Part shown: positions 1 through 36,452 of the stretch, piece by piece | Layout of the letters: every line of letters starts with the position of its first letter | Numbering within the stretch: the first letter of the stretch is position 1 | Assembly: GCA_033442325.1 (NCBI GenBank) | Contig: JAWQFM010000012.1 | Location: forward strand, 217,899-281,898 | From: Salpingoeca rosetta | Lineage: Eukaryota; Protista; Choanoflagellata | Length of the DNA stretch: 64,000 bases | Reading direction: 5' to 3' | The notes under the pieces: model-generated | What the model was told of the DNA's origin: nothing | The model's database searches: none | The model's input: the letters and a program-made list of their open reading frames with translations, nothing else | Program-made: the position numbers and the translations under genes

Positions 1-235
1 CAACCAACCAGCGAGCCACTCCATCTATCATCCACACACGCACACATACATCCGCAGGCCCGCGCGAGCTGCCTCTTCCGTCTCCTTCTGCACGAGAACA
101 CGTAAAGGGACGGGCAGATAAGGGCACACAAGGACAGATCGCGGAGCGCACGCGTACGTCCTGCTCGACAACAAAGAAGGGTGTCCAGTCGCCTTTGACA
201 CAAGGCACAGATACATACCAATACAGCCACCAGCC

Positions 236-9093
<8,858 letters not shown>

Positions 9094-9523
9094 TGGCGCG
9101 CCATGGCCGACGATGATGGTGATGGTGATGGTGATGGTGAGAGAGGATGAAGATGGTGGAGTGTTGAGGAGGACATTATGCGTGGAGGTTGATGGAAGGT
9201 CCACACGACTGGATGCGTGTGCCGTTTTCCGTTTTGAGTGACAGGTGCCCTGGGGATGGTGTTTTCGTTTGGAGCATGCGTGTGTGCGCGCGAATGTGAG
9301 ACGGGTATTAAGTTGCATCATGATTGTGTTCGTGTGTCTTGCTGCCAGCACAGGCACGCGCGTGCTACTTGGCAGCACTCTGTGCACATGTAGTGTGTGT
9401 GTGTGCGTGTGTGTGCGTGTGTGTGAGCGTGTGTGAGGGTGAGGGTGAGTGTGAGAGAGAGAGCGTGTGTGAGTGAGCGTGCGTGTGTGTTCTTTCGTTA
9501 CCAGAGCATGCCAAGTGGTCGTT

Positions 9524-16288
<6,765 letters not shown>

Positions 16289-16329
16289 GGCTGGCTTTTC
16301 CGCGTCCAATGGAGCAAACAACGTCGTCC

Positions 16330-16360
<31 letters not shown>

Positions 16361-16476
16361 CCACCAGACCAAGCGTTACAGCAGCTTCCTGTTTCGTCTT
16401 CCACCACTGCCTCTGCTGCTTCCGGATTATGAGGATTCGTTGTATTTTCAACTGTTTTTCTCTCAGCCGCACGAAG

Positions 16477-17832
16477 ATGATGATGGCGACGAGGATGAGG
16501 CATGTGGCGATGGTGGCGGCCAGGGCGACGGCAGCGGTTTCGCCTGTTGCGCGTGCGCGTGTGAGCGTGGCGGCCCTGCGCCAAGCAAGCGCAGCACTGT
16601 CCACATCAACTAGGTCCATGTTTGCGCAGCCGCCAGGTGGTGGTGCAAGTGGAGGGGACGACGCCAGGGCGGCGCGCACGCGTGCGCCAAAACAAAACAG
16701 ACAGCAGCAGCAGAAACACAAGCAGCATCAGCCGCGTACGACTGGTGCACCTGGTCAGCGCATGAATGTTGCAGCTGCCACCAAGGGCATGCCGACGCCC
16801 GAGGACCAAATGGTGGATCTTGTGCGCAACGTGCTTCAGAGCCAGCAGCCGGCAGAGGCCAGCTCGCCGAAGCGTCTGCGTGAGGAGTTCAACGAGATGA
16901 AGGCGGAGCTGAAGAAGATCCAGCAACAGATTGCCGCAGCCGCGCCCATGGAGCCCGAGGAGGCAGCTGCCGAGGAGCCAGCACCAAGCGAAAAGCGTAC
17001 GTCAGGCTTGCAAGAGACCGAAGTCACGGCTGCGGATGTCTTTGCGAACGCAAAGGGCGACATCAACCCAGATACAGAGATTATTATGGACCGTACGGGC
17101 CACGTCCACGTTGAGAACAGCGGCCACGTCGACTACGACATTGAGGATCTGAAGGTGTGCACACGTGCTTTGCCAGGGTGTGTGTGTGTGACTGTGAGTG
17201 AGTGAGTGAGTGAGTGAGTGAGTGAGTGAGTGTGTGTGTGTGCATGAGGGTGGGATGGGAGGCAGCGGGATTCAGTCCACTGCTTCTGTGATGACTGAGA
17301 TTGACCTTTGGACCACCTGTGTTGCTTGCAGCCCATCACGTTCCAAGACCTGTCACGCATCAACATCCGCCACCACGCCCAACACTTGCGCGGTATGTAT
17401 GCGCGTTCGCAGACTCTTTGCGTGCAGCGTTTCGAGGGCACACGTCTTTGTTGTTTAATTCGCGAAGTGATTCATGCATGTTTTGCACTGAGCCTTCACC
17501 TCTGTTACATCCGTACTCACTCTCTTTTCCCTTTACATATCTGTACTACACGTCTGTGTTGTGTGTTGCGTGTGTGTGTGTGGTGTGTGTGTGTGTGTAT
17601 GTGTTCTCAGACCGCATGCGTGCGTGGCGTGAGCCGCTGCCCGAAGAATTTCTGCAGATTGAGACGCGCAACTACTACCATGTCGGCTCGCAGGGGTCGC
17701 ACATCCCAGAGGCCCGCAAAGTCATCCTCACGGTGAGGCAGACGTGTGCGGATTTCTCTGTGCGTGTGTGTATGAACAAGCGGCGGGGGAAGAGATGGGT
17801 GGACGTATGCATGGGTTTCTGTTGATGTTCAC

Positions 17833-17908
<76 letters not shown>

Positions 17909-18562
17909 CACACACCCCTCTCGCAGGCGAAGGTGTCGCAGCTTGGGCTCAATGCCGCCGAGCGGGAGAAGCTGTTGCAGCTCGTTGGTTCACGCTATCG
18001 TGCCGCCACGGACACGCTCAAGCTGGTTGGCCGGCGGTACCCGACACGCGAGATGAACCTCCAGTACGTCAAGGACCTCATCACCGTGCTCGTCGCAGAG
18101 GCTAAGGTGCGCCCGGGGCGGGGGATCGTTTATACACGGACGGATGGACGTGTGCGTGTGCGTGTATGGATGAACGTGTGTGGACGGGCTGGCTTTGGGT
18201 TGTGGTGATGTGGTGGTTTGCCGCAGTGTTGGGAGGTGGCATTGACTTGCTGCTGGTTGGACGAAGCGTTTACAACGGAGAGAGCGAAGCACTGAAGAGA
18301 GAACGCATGGATGAATGAAGCACGAAACGCATGTGCACACACATGCGCACACACCATACACGGCATCAGCAACAAAGGCGACAAGTCCACGGCATCCAAC
18401 TATGTTATTAACAATCACCGTCACGTCGTCAAGCTATCGGATAACAGCGGCCTTCTCACAACTGACCACACACACACATGCACACATATACATACATGCA
18501 CACATCAATGCACTGAACAGAACCCGGAGCTTCAGCTGGCGGAACTGCAAGAGAGCGCATGA
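16477..18562 (+). CDS. MRPS35: Mitochondrial small-subunit ribosomal protein mS35 (MRP-S28/Rsm24 family)
   Basis: Arg/Ala-rich presequence MMMATRMRHVAMVAARA. Spliced C-terminal domain: HIPEARKVILT-AKVSQLGLNAAEREKLLQLVGSRYRAATDTLKLVGRRYPTREMNLQYVKDLITVLVAEAK-NPELQLAELQESA*. Confidence 0.85.
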
Positions 18563-18841
18563 CGCAAGCAAGTGACCAGTGGTGGAGGACAAGTGCTCGA
18601 ACACACCACAAGCAGTACATATCGCAATCATGACAAGACAGTAAACACGCATGAACCTCGCCATCAACGTACGCTTTCGCACACACGTATACAGCCTGAA
18701 TCTTGACTATTCACAGCACGGAAGCACACAGGGGAAAGAGAAGAAGGGAGGTAAGGAAAGGAGGGGAGGGGAAGGAGGGAGGGGAGACAGAGCAGCAGCA
18801 CAACTCATGATGATGCGTTGGCGAGCAATGGCCCACGTCAC

Positions 18842-19694
18842 TTAGAAGCCTGTGTGTATGCACGTGTGTGATATGGCGAGATGAACGTGAGGAAACCAGT
18901 TTGTCATTTGCATAATGCATGTGCATGTGTGTGTGTGTGTGTGTGTGCCTCTCTCTCTCTCTGTGTGCCTCTGTGTGTGCCTCTCTGTGTGTGCCTCTGT
19001 GTGTGCCTGTGTTTGTTTGCACGAGAGGAGATAGCTGACAATTGATACCGGCCATCCATGCGAGACAGACAAACCGACACCAACTCACACCAACCCAGGC
19101 CAATCCAAGGCAACAAAGCACAACACAAAGAAGCAAACAAGCACAAGTACGCACCCCATTGCTTGAGTTTGTCTGAGAGCCACTGGGAGGTCGACGGTTG
19201 CTGCTGCTGCTGCTGCTGTTGTGTTCCATTTGGACGGCGCTGTGACATGGCCCTCTGCCGTTGCTGGCGGTGGTGATGGTGATGGTGATGGCGGTGGTGA
19301 TGGTGGTCCCACAAAGGAGGACAGTGAGGTGGTTGGTGAGAACGGAGCAGAGACATCGCCACAGCAACTGCAAGTGCTGTGCAACGCACGCACACACACA
19401 CACACACACAACACACACACACACACAGACAGACACACACACACACAAACGCAGTCACACACACACACACATACGCACTACACATACAGCCACAAGGCCA
19501 CACCGTCATTGCCTGCTGCTGCCGTGCCTGCGGTGACGCCCTCTGCTGTTGCTGTTGCTGCTGCTGTGCTGACCGCTGCCACCACCCGGTCGTTGTCCGC
19601 TGTCGTCCACCGTTCGCACCGCCCATCATGCCACGCTGCTGCTGCATCATACGCTGCTGCTGCATCATACGCTGCTGCTGTGGAGTCATTGTCC

Positions 19695-19728
<34 letters not shown>

Positions 19729-20943
19729 TGCTGGCGGCATGCGGCCGAGTGGCGTTGAGTACACCGATCCCGACGGTGATTGCCGTGACGCGGGCGTCCC
19801 AACACCACTCTGCACACCATCACGACGACGACCACCAACACCACTGCTGTTGCGATTGGCGGGAGTGTTCCCCCTCACGCCCCCTGCTGCTGCTGCTGCG
19901 GCTGCTCGCGGTGTGCTGCGTGTGCCGGGTGGTGGGGGCGTGACCTCTGCTGGCCGCTGTGGTTTCGGGGGCGGCGCGAGCGACGGGTGCATTGGCAGAG
20001 ACAGGTCTGGGTCACTGTCGTCCGTCGCACCGAGCAGATCTGCACACGGGTGGCCAGGATGGTGGTGATGATGATGGTGGCGGTGATCATGATATGATGG
20101 CCAAGAGATGAATGTGAGGGACACAAAGGAAGCACGAACGGGTATGGGCGTGCGTGCGTGTGGATGTACGTGAGAGGGCGTGCTTGAGGGGGCAAGGACA
20201 GCAACGCCGCACCGTCTGTCTGGGCGAGGAGGAGTGTACCATCTGTTGCAGATGCTTCGCCGAGACCTGAGCAATGCACAGCAGTGACACGTGAGCAAGC
20301 AGTCGATGCATGCATGCATGCATGCATGCATGTGTGTGTGCCTGTGTATATGCGCGCGTTTGTTTGCGAGCGCGCATGCGTTCACATGTGTGTATCTTAC
20401 CGTCTGCGCCCCTGAGGGAGATTGTTTTTGTTGGATCTGAACCGGAGGATGACGTCAAATCTGCACAGACACAAACGCGTGACAGGAAACAAGTGTCAAT
20501 CAGTGGGGCAGAAAGTAAAGTGCTTGCAGGCACAACTACAGCACACCACGCACATACAACCAACAAACAAACGCACAACCAACAAACGCACAACCAACCA
20601 AAACAAACAAACAAACAAACAAATGATGAACAACCAACCAACCAAACAAACAACCAACCAAAACAAACAAACAAACGCACAACCAACCAATCAAACGAAC
20701 AAGCCAGCAAACAGAGCAGGGCAGCAGCTTGTACCGAGGGCGTCATCGAGGGTGAGGATGCGTCTGCTGGTGCCGGCCTTGCCCGAGCGAAGTCGCTTGA
20801 CCTGCGCCATCAGCTCCTCGTTCATGGCCTGGAGATGCAGCAGTTCGTCCTCCGCCACGGTGTTGTCGTACTGCGCGTCGCTCAGCTGCTCCTTCAGCCT
20901 GACAGCGAGCACAGCCAAGGGGGGGGGGGTTTGGCAGTGAGGG

Positions 20944-21017
<74 letters not shown>

Positions 21018-23941
21018 AAGTGCGTGATGGCTCCAAGTAGCAGACAGCGTGTGCGCTCTAACACGGTGCTTACTTTGCGTTTTCTGCCCGAAGCGCCTTC
21101 AGCTCCGTGTCTGTGTGCAAATTAGACCCAGGATGCTGGCCCTGTTGGAAATGCACCATGAAAACATACCACGAGACAAGGAGGATGAATTCAAACCAAG
21201 AACCAAACACAAACACCAAATACGGGATTCTGTGCACAAAGACAGTCACTCCATACACAGTGTCTTTTCCTTGATCATCAGCACCGCTCAGCATCGCAGT
21301 CCGCACCTGGTTTGCGACGAGGTGGTTGTGCTTCGCCCACAGCTGCTGCAGTTCCGCAGACTTGACGGACAACTCGTCCTCTAATTGCGCAATCTTCTCC
21401 TCCTGCACACAATCGTTTTGGAGCCGCGCAGGTGGAGCATGTAACAGCATCGGTGAAATGCAAGGAATATAGAGGACAGAGGGGAAGGGTGATTGCACGT
21501 AGACAGGCAGGCACACTCACACAGACACACAGACACTCACACACACGCACGCACGCATGCATACACACGCACAGACACACACGCACACACAGACACGCAC
21601 ACGCACGCACGCATGCATACACACGCACAGACACACACACACACACACAGACACAGACACACGCACACACACACACACACACACGGGGAGGACGCACGGC
21701 TTTTCTAAGTTCTTGGCGGACGATTGTGGCTGGTTCGGGCTGGGCCATCTTGGCGAGCAGGTCGTTGTGCTGCCCGTCCAGCACCTTGTACTCGACGCGA
21801 AGGTTCGCAACGAGCGCTTCAGACTGTCGCAGACGGTCACGTAGCGCCGTCGACTCCTTCTTCAGCCGCGCGTTGTCGTCACGCAGCTCCACCATGGCGG
21901 GATCAGTTGTCCGCACGTGCACAGACGATCCACCGCTGCCACGTGGCCGCATGGACTGTGCACGATTGCGCTGAAGCGACGCAGCGCTTGCATCATGTCC
22001 GCTGTCCTTCGTGCTGTCCTTCGTGCTGTCCTTCGTGCTGTTGGTGCGCGGGTTTCGGGCCATGACAGACCCAGATGAGCGCTGGCGGAACGAGCGGGAG
22101 GACGATGTGTTGGCGTTGTCGTCATCGGTGGCGAATCGAACCGACCGTTGACGCTGCGGTGCTGAAGTGTTGTTGCTGTCCTGGTTCTTCTTCGCCTTGG
22201 CTGCTGCTGCTACTGCTGCTGCTTCTTCTTCCTTCCGCAGCCTCTCTTGCTCTTCCTTACGAGCGCGTTCTTGTGCCTCCCGCTGTTTCCGTTCTTCCTC
22301 CTCCTTCTTCAGCCTTTCCTCTTCTTCCTTCTTCAGCCTTTTCTCTTCTTCCTTCTTGAGTCTCTCTTCCTCCTCCTTCTTCAGCCTTTCCTCTTCTTCC
22401 TTCTTGAGTCTCTCTTCCTCCTCCTTCTTCAGCCTTTCCTCTTCTTCCTTCTTGAGTCTCTCTTCCTCCTCCTTCTTCAGCCTTTCCTCTTCTTCCTTCT
22501 TGAGTCTCTCTTCCTCCTCCTTCTTCAGCCTTTCCTCTTCTTCCTTCTTGAGTCTCTCTTCCTCCTCCTTCTTCAGCCTTTCCTCTTCTTCCTTCTTGAG
22601 TCTCTCTTCCTCCTCCTTCTTCAGCCTTTCCTCTTCTTCCTTCTTGAGTCTCTCTTCCTCCTCCTTCTTCAGCCTTTCCTCTTCTTCCTTCTTGAGTCTC
22701 TCTTCCTCCTCCTTCTTCAGCCTTTCCTCTTCTTCCTTCTTGAGTCTCTCTTCCTCCTCCTTCTTCAGCCTTTCCTCTTCTTCCTCCTTTTGCTTCCGTT
22801 CTTCCTCTTCCTTTCGCTTCCTCTCCTCTTCCTCACGCTGTTTCCTCTCCTCCTCTTCCTGACGCAAACGTTCTTCCTCCTTTCGCTTCCGTTCTTCTTC
22901 TTCTTTGCGAGCGCGTTCTTCCTCCTCCTTCTTGAGTCTCTCTTCCTCCTCCTTTCGCTTCCTCTCCTCTTCTTCCTGACGCAAACGTTCTGCTTCTTCT
23001 TCCTTTCGCTTCCTTTCATCCTCTTCTTTCTGCTTCTCCTCTTCCTCCTTTCGCTTCCGTTCTTCTTCTTCTTCTTTGCGAGCGCGTTCCTCTTCTTCCT
23101 TCTTCAGCCTTTCCTCTTCTTCCTTCTTGAGTCTCTCTTCCTCCTCCTTCTTCAGCCTTTCCTCTTCTTCCTTCTTGAGTCTCTCTTCCTCCTCCTTCTT
23201 CAGCCTTTCCTCTTCTTCCTTCTTGAGTCTCTCTTCCTCTTCCTTCTTCAGCCTTTCCTCCTCCTCCTTCTTCAAACGTTCTTCTTCCTTTCGCTGTTGT
23301 TCCTCCTCACTGCCACCTTTCCCTGCAGCCTCCGCCCCCTTTTCATCTGTCGTTGCGTCGTCAGCGCGAGACGCGTCCTTCTCATCGCCATCGCCATTGT
23401 CATCGCGGGCCCCGTTCGTGTCCTTCTTCGACGATGCTGGCGGCTTTGTCACCTGCTGGCTGTGCGAGCGGCCGCGCATTTGGGGTTGCGTGTCGTTGTC
23501 GTTACCTTCCTCGGTCTTTGGCGGTGCCTCACTCGCCTTGGCCGAGTTGTCCTGCTTCTTTGTCTCTTCAGCGGATGCTGCTGACGTCTTTGTGGCATTG
23601 CCCGCTGCGTCCCCTTTGCTCGACTCTGTGTGAATGAAACAAACACAAACCAAGATGAAACGAGTGAAAGGTCACTCACACACACATGCACATGCACACA
23701 CACACACTCACACACACACACACTGTGAAACACAAATACGCACACGCACACAAATACGCACACACACACACACAAGCACACAATCACAGAAATACGCACA
23801 CACACAATCACACAATCACACAACAAACGTACTGTGCTTTGCCTTTGGCTTTCGGCAGTTGGTGCAGATGTTGGGGCGTGATCGGTGCGGCACAAACTCA
23901 TCGCACGCCGATGTCGTCGCGGCCCTGCGACGACGATCCAT
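18842..23941 (-). CDS. Uncharacterised protein: N-terminal C3H zinc finger, long E/K/R single-alpha-helix repeat, coiled coil, Pro/Gln-rich tail
   Basis: Exon 1 reads [36 protein letters not shown]. The large exon (~21697-23626) carries (EEERLKKE)n. Coiled-coil exons include [14 protein letters not shown] and [22 protein letters not shown]. The C-terminus is [12 protein letters not shown], with TAA at 18842-18844. Confidence 0.7.
22295..23290 (-). repeat. Coding tandem repeat: 24-nt units (LKKEEEER) in a 48-nt higher-order repeat, two blocks
   Basis: Plus-strand units ttcttcagcctttcctcttcttcc and ttcttgagtctctcttcctcctcc alternate at ~22305-22780 and ~23090-23270. Confidence 0.92.
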
Positions 23942-24644
23942 GGTTCACACTACAACGCTGTGCGGACCCCTCTTCTTCCAACAAGAAGCAAAACCGACAA
24001 CAAAAACGCAGCAAGAAGGCAAGTTGTGGTTGTGCCGTGAATTGCTGCAAAATTGTGCACCAGTCACGTCCACGCAGAAACCAGTAGGCAAATGCGCCGC
24101 CGGGCAGCACAAGCGCTGACACCGCAAGCGCGTGCGCTTGCACGGACAGGCCGAGCAGTACACTGCCTGCTACTGCGATGGTGGAAGCATGAGCCCAGCA
24201 CTCTCGGCCCACCCACACGTCCTGCAAACAACAAATGGCGTTACCTGTAGTCGTTTGTTTTCGTGTCCTGATCAAAGCATGCACTGCCCTCCAATGCAAG
24301 CACTTCTTCCTTTCCTTGCTTGTGATGCGATGCGTCCTTCTTGCCTGTTGTGCCTGCCCTGCACGTTGTGCCTGCTCTCCCTCCTGCCAATCACGCAACT
24401 CAAGCGACGATGATTTGGCCTTTGTGTGTGCTGCCTTCTGCTTCCTTCTGCATTGATGTTGCGGAAATTCATTGAACATCTTCCATCAACTCTCCAGCCA
24501 ATATTTTGAGCAAGACCTTCCAACCAAATCGACTGACAGTTGCTTGTGAGACGGCAGTGTGTTTGAGACCTCCCCACATCCATCGCTTCCTTGCTCCCTT
24601 TCTCTCTTTCGTTCCAAGAAGCACAACAGGACGACCAGGCAGTC

Positions 24645-25862
24645 ATGAGTGGTATGTGCTGCACGAGCATGTGTGCGTGTGTGTGTGATATGCGTGTGAG
24701 AATTGATTGACCATGTTTGAGGCAGCGTGTGGTGATTGTTGTTTCGTTGCATGCATGGCAGACGCCCCTGCTTGAATCGTGTCAACGATGACTGACCCAT
24801 GCTCCTCATGTGTTTGTCCTCACCCCCAATCACAGGCGACATAGGCTTTGCCAACCTCCCCAATCAAATCCATCGTGAGGTCACGCTCAAGGGGTTTGAC
24901 TTCACTTTGATGGTCGTTGGTGAGTGCTTCTTCTCACTGGCGCTGTGTATGCGTGCGTGTTGGTGTGTGAGTGTGCCTGAGTACGTGTGTACATATGCTG
25001 GCTTGCATTCTTCGCGTTTGTGTGAGTCTTGGGCAACTGACGATGCTTATCAACGCTCCAATCACACACACACACACACACACACTCTCTCTCTCTCTAT
25101 ACTACAGGGCGGTCTGGATTGGGAAAATCGACGTTTGTCAACACCCTGTTCTCCACCGACATCTATGAAGAGGACAAGCCCTATCCCCCACCTTGTACGT
25201 CAAGTGTTGTGACTGGCTGAAGTCATGCGCCTTTTCCTGTACACGTGTACGTGTGCTCTTGTGTACATGCACTGCGTGATTTATGCTTGAGGTTACAGTT
25301 TTCATTGTTTGCTGCTGTTGGTCGTTGCGTACTTGTTTCTCACTCACCTTCTCTCTCACCCGGTGGTTGCCTCGTTTTCCTGCTTCCGCAGGTGCTCGCA
25401 TTCCCAGCACAACCTCTGTGCAGGAGAGCGTGACAACGCTCATTGAGAACGACGTGAGTTGGATTCACCTCTTGCTGTCTGCAACTGTATGCGACGTTTG
25501 CACGTGCGTTGAGGGCTTGCGGATGCATCGCATGTGCACACGCCCTTTCCTGCTCTTGGCTGATGCTGCCTTGTGGTTCTCGCTCCCCCGCCCCCCGCTT
25601 ACGCGTTCATTTCCCCTCTGCAGGTTCAGCTCACGCTCACGCTCGTGGACACGCCGGGCTTTGGAAACGGCATCAACAACACAGACTGGTGCGTTTGTAC
25701 TGCTTCACATGGGTCCTCCAAAAGCGTTTGTCTGAGCTTGAACACTGCTGTAATGTATTTATGGATGGACGCATGGGCGCATGGACGCATGGATGCACGC
25801 ATGGATGGATGGATGGATGGATGGATGGATGAATGAATGAATGGCGTTTAGCTTCCCAACTC

Positions 25863-25903
<41 letters not shown>

Positions 25904-26490
25904 ATCCAATGTTCTTCACATCACCCTAATGCCCCTTTCTTTCATGACTTCTACTGCTTCTACTGCGTCCCCTGCTGGTGCAGCTGGGTCCCCATTGAGG
26001 AGTATGTTGACAATGCGTTCTCCAAGTACGAGGGCGAGGAGTCGAAGATCAGCCGCACGGATATCCGTGATTGCCGCGTCCACTGCTGCCTCTACTTCCT
26101 CACTCCTTGCATCCACGGGTGCGTCCGCACATTCGCATGCTGCTGCCGTGTGAATGCATGCATATATGTGTGTGTATGTGTGCGTGTGTGCGTGCGTGTG
26201 TGCGTGCGTGTGTGTGTGCGTATGTGTGTGTGTGTGTGGTGCGCGTTTATGCTGTCTGTGATGACGAACCAGGTTTTGGTTCTTGTCTCCATGCTGCTCA
26301 TCTTCCATCGCTCTCTGATGTCGTGTTCCTCCGCTTCAGCGTCCGTCCCCTCGACATTGAAGTCATGAAGCGCCTGCACACGAAGGTGCATGCTCGTCTC
26401 AATTGCATGTGCTTTTTCACCAAAGACACACATCACACACACAGACACATACAAACACACACACACACAGGCACATACAAACACAGGCAC

Positions 26491-26549
<59 letters not shown>

Positions 26550-28324
26550 CACGAACACACACAGACACACACACACACACACAAAACCCCCCCCCCCATA
26601 CACACACACAAACACACACACCCAACTCATAACTGCTGCGCGTTGGACTGCGTGTTTTCTGTTCAGGTGAACATCATCCCCGTCATTGCAAAGGCGGATT
26701 CGCTCACAGTGGACGAGTGCCAGCTCCTCAAGGAACGCGTGAGTGCTTCGTTTTGTTGAAGGATTTGTTTGTTTGTTTGTTTGCTTACTTGTTTGCTTGA
26801 GTGTGTCTTGTCTGCGGTATGGCATGGCACGCATGCACTCGCTCATTTCTCACGCATCCCCACACACACAAACACAGGTGCGCGCCACGCTGGCGGAGCA
26901 CAACATCAACGTGTTTGAGTTTCCCGAAGATGACGATGATGATGAAGAGGTGCAAGACGACGTTGCAAACGCCAGGGTACGGTCATCATCACACCTGCAC
27001 ACGAAAGAGAAGAGCAAGGGGCCCGTTGTGGCGAACTCTGGTTACACGTGTGCACGTGTGTGTGTTCGTGCGTTTTCTTGTTTGGCGGCGCTGACTGGAC
27101 ACAGTCTTCGTGCGCATCTTCTCTCACAGTCCTCTCCTGTGTGTGTATGTGTGTGTATGTGTGTATGTGTGTCATTTCAGTCTGCGTGGCCGTTTGCTGT
27201 CTCGGCCTCAACACAGGTACTCTTCGCAGATGATAAGGAAATGCGTGGCCGCGCCTACCCCTGGGGTTACGTCGAAGGTGCGTGCGTGAGCGTGTCGTTG
27301 TGTGTTTATTTGCGTGTCGTTGTACTTCACTTTCTCGCAAACGTCTCCAACAACAGCATCATCAACCCACACCCTCTCCGTTCATATTGCACATCTTTTC
27401 GTATCTCCAGTCGACAATCCGCAGCACTCGGACTTCGTTGGCCTGCGCAACCTCATCATCAGGTCTGAACGCGCGCGCGTGTGTGTGTGCATGTAGGTGT
27501 ATGTGTATGTGTGTACGTGTGCGTGTGCGTGTGTGTGTGTATGTGTGTGCGTGTGCGTGTGCGTGTGCATGTGCGTGTGTGTTTCGCATGTGTGTGTATA
27601 CGCACCTGTATGCTTGTGTCTTGGGGTTTAGAATTGACCGCCAAAACCAGGTCTCATCCCTGACTTGACGCGTCTTGATGGTGTACTGCATTGTCTGTGC
27701 AGAACGTACATGCAGCAGCTGATTGACACGACGAACAACGTCCACTACGAGCGTTTCCGTCAGCAGCGCCTCTCCAGCCTCTCTCTTGACACATCCATCA
27801 GGTCTGTTTACACACGGGTGTGTGCGCATGTGTGTTGCTGATCCTCGGTTTTCTGACTTGCCCATTCACATGAGTTTTACACGCACACACACGCACACAC
27901 ACTTGCAGTGGAAGCCCCAAATCGGATCCCAACAGCCAAAACTTCATCGAACAGCTCGAAGGACAGCTCGTAAGTCACTCACTTTGACCGTTTGCACCGT
28001 TGCTGTTGATGACACAGACACATACACACCAATGTACATACATGCACATGCACACAAATCTCCACACATACACACACACACACAATCTCCACGCACACCC
28101 GCCCCTAACGCCTGCACCCCTGATTGTTCATGTCTTTCCCCCACAGAAACAACACGAGAAGAAGCTTGTGAAGATGGAGCGAGAGATGACAGAAGTCTTT
28201 GAGAAGCGCGTGCGCGAAAAACAGCAGAAAATCAAGACGTGCGTGGACTATTGTCTGCTCCAGCGATGCTTCTGCCCCCAATAACACAGACACACACACT
28301 TTCACACACACACTTTCACACACG

Positions 28325-28383
<59 letters not shown>

Positions 28384-28770
28384 TCACACACACGCTCACA
28401 CGACCACCCACAACACATTCCTTCGCGCGCGTGCCTGCAGGCAAGAGGCGCAGCTGCTGAAGGAGCACGAGGAGTTTGAAGAAAAGTTGAAGAAGCAGCA
28501 AAGGTGTCGTCAGCATCGCAGTTGTGTGTATGTATGCGTGTTTTCGCTTCTGTTCTGTACGCCCTTTGGAAGATAAGATGCTGAGCTCTGTTGCGCTGCA
28601 CACCTCACCGCCACACTGCCTTGCATCGTCGATGCTCGTGTCACCCATGCAGGGAGCTTGAGATGCAGCGCGAGCAGTTTGAGCGGGAGAAGAAGGAGTA
28701 CGAGGCCGAGGAGGAGAAGCGAAAGGCCGCACAGGCGCAGTCCACTGGCCGGCGCAAGAAGTTCTTCTGA
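24645..28770 (+). CDS. Septin, group 2B (SEPT2/SEPT7-like)
   Basis: Spliced [45 protein letters not shown] (P-loop); DTPGFG (G3); RVHCCLYFL; [11 protein letters not shown] (G4); GRAYPWG; [12 protein letters not shown]; VHYERFR; then a coiled coil ending GRRKKFF*. Confidence 0.95.
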
Positions 28771-29698
28771 GCACACACACACACACATGTGCACACATAT
28801 GTACGTGCTGTCACTGATTGGTCGTCAACGGTGTTGCCGTTGCACAATTCGTTGGTTGAGTTGACGCGTTTGTCTTGCTTGTTTGTTGTTTGAGCTCCCT
28901 TTTGTCGTTTGCGTCATCTTGTTGCTGTGGTCATCATGCACAGTTTATCACCGTGTTGTTTGAGAGTAAGTTATGCCATGGCAGCGTCATGGCGTCCACA
29001 TACACATACATCGCATATGGAAACTCTACAGCGGTCTTGCAAACCACATGTTTCACAGCAGACACTACGGACACGACACGACACGAAACAAACAAACAAA
29101 CAAACAAACAAACAAACAAAAACACACACATTCACGCTTGTGCGTTTTGACTTGCTTCTTGCGTTGGCTTTAGTGGGATGGGGTGACAAGGGTGTAACAC
29201 ACATATGTTCACACAGAGACGGCTGCCGAGGGCGAGCGAGTGAACAGCCACAGGTAGCGTGGCGCGACTACACGAACGAATCATGTCGCTATGGGCACAG
29301 GAGAGGGAAGGTGGTAGTGAAACAAGACGAAAGAAGACCAAGACACAAAGCAGCGGCAGGGGAGAGAGGCAGTGATGGGAAATGGACAGGGAGCAGACGA
29401 CAGGCACCAGCCAACGGCAGGACACTCCTGATCTGGCTTGGGGGTGCACCAACCATTTTCCAGTGCCACCATCGCACAAGTGTCAATGCCACTTCACCAC
29501 ATACCTCCCCTCTCACACAGACCAGCAGCAATCCCACTTGATGACACGAACACGATGCAACAGCAACACAACACACAGACAAGAATGACAGCAAAACCAG
29601 CAACGTCGAAAGCACTGGGACAAAAGGGTGTGCATACACACACGTGCGTTCATCAGCTCAGCAGAGTGACAGGAGCGCATGCGCACGGTCCGCGTCGC

Positions 29699-36452
<6,754 letters not shown>

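Noticed and set aside
22167-23633. Long plus-strand ORFs (FLLLLQPF / SSSFFSL repeats) as membrane proteins
   Set aside because: They are antisense frames of the E/K/R repeat exon.
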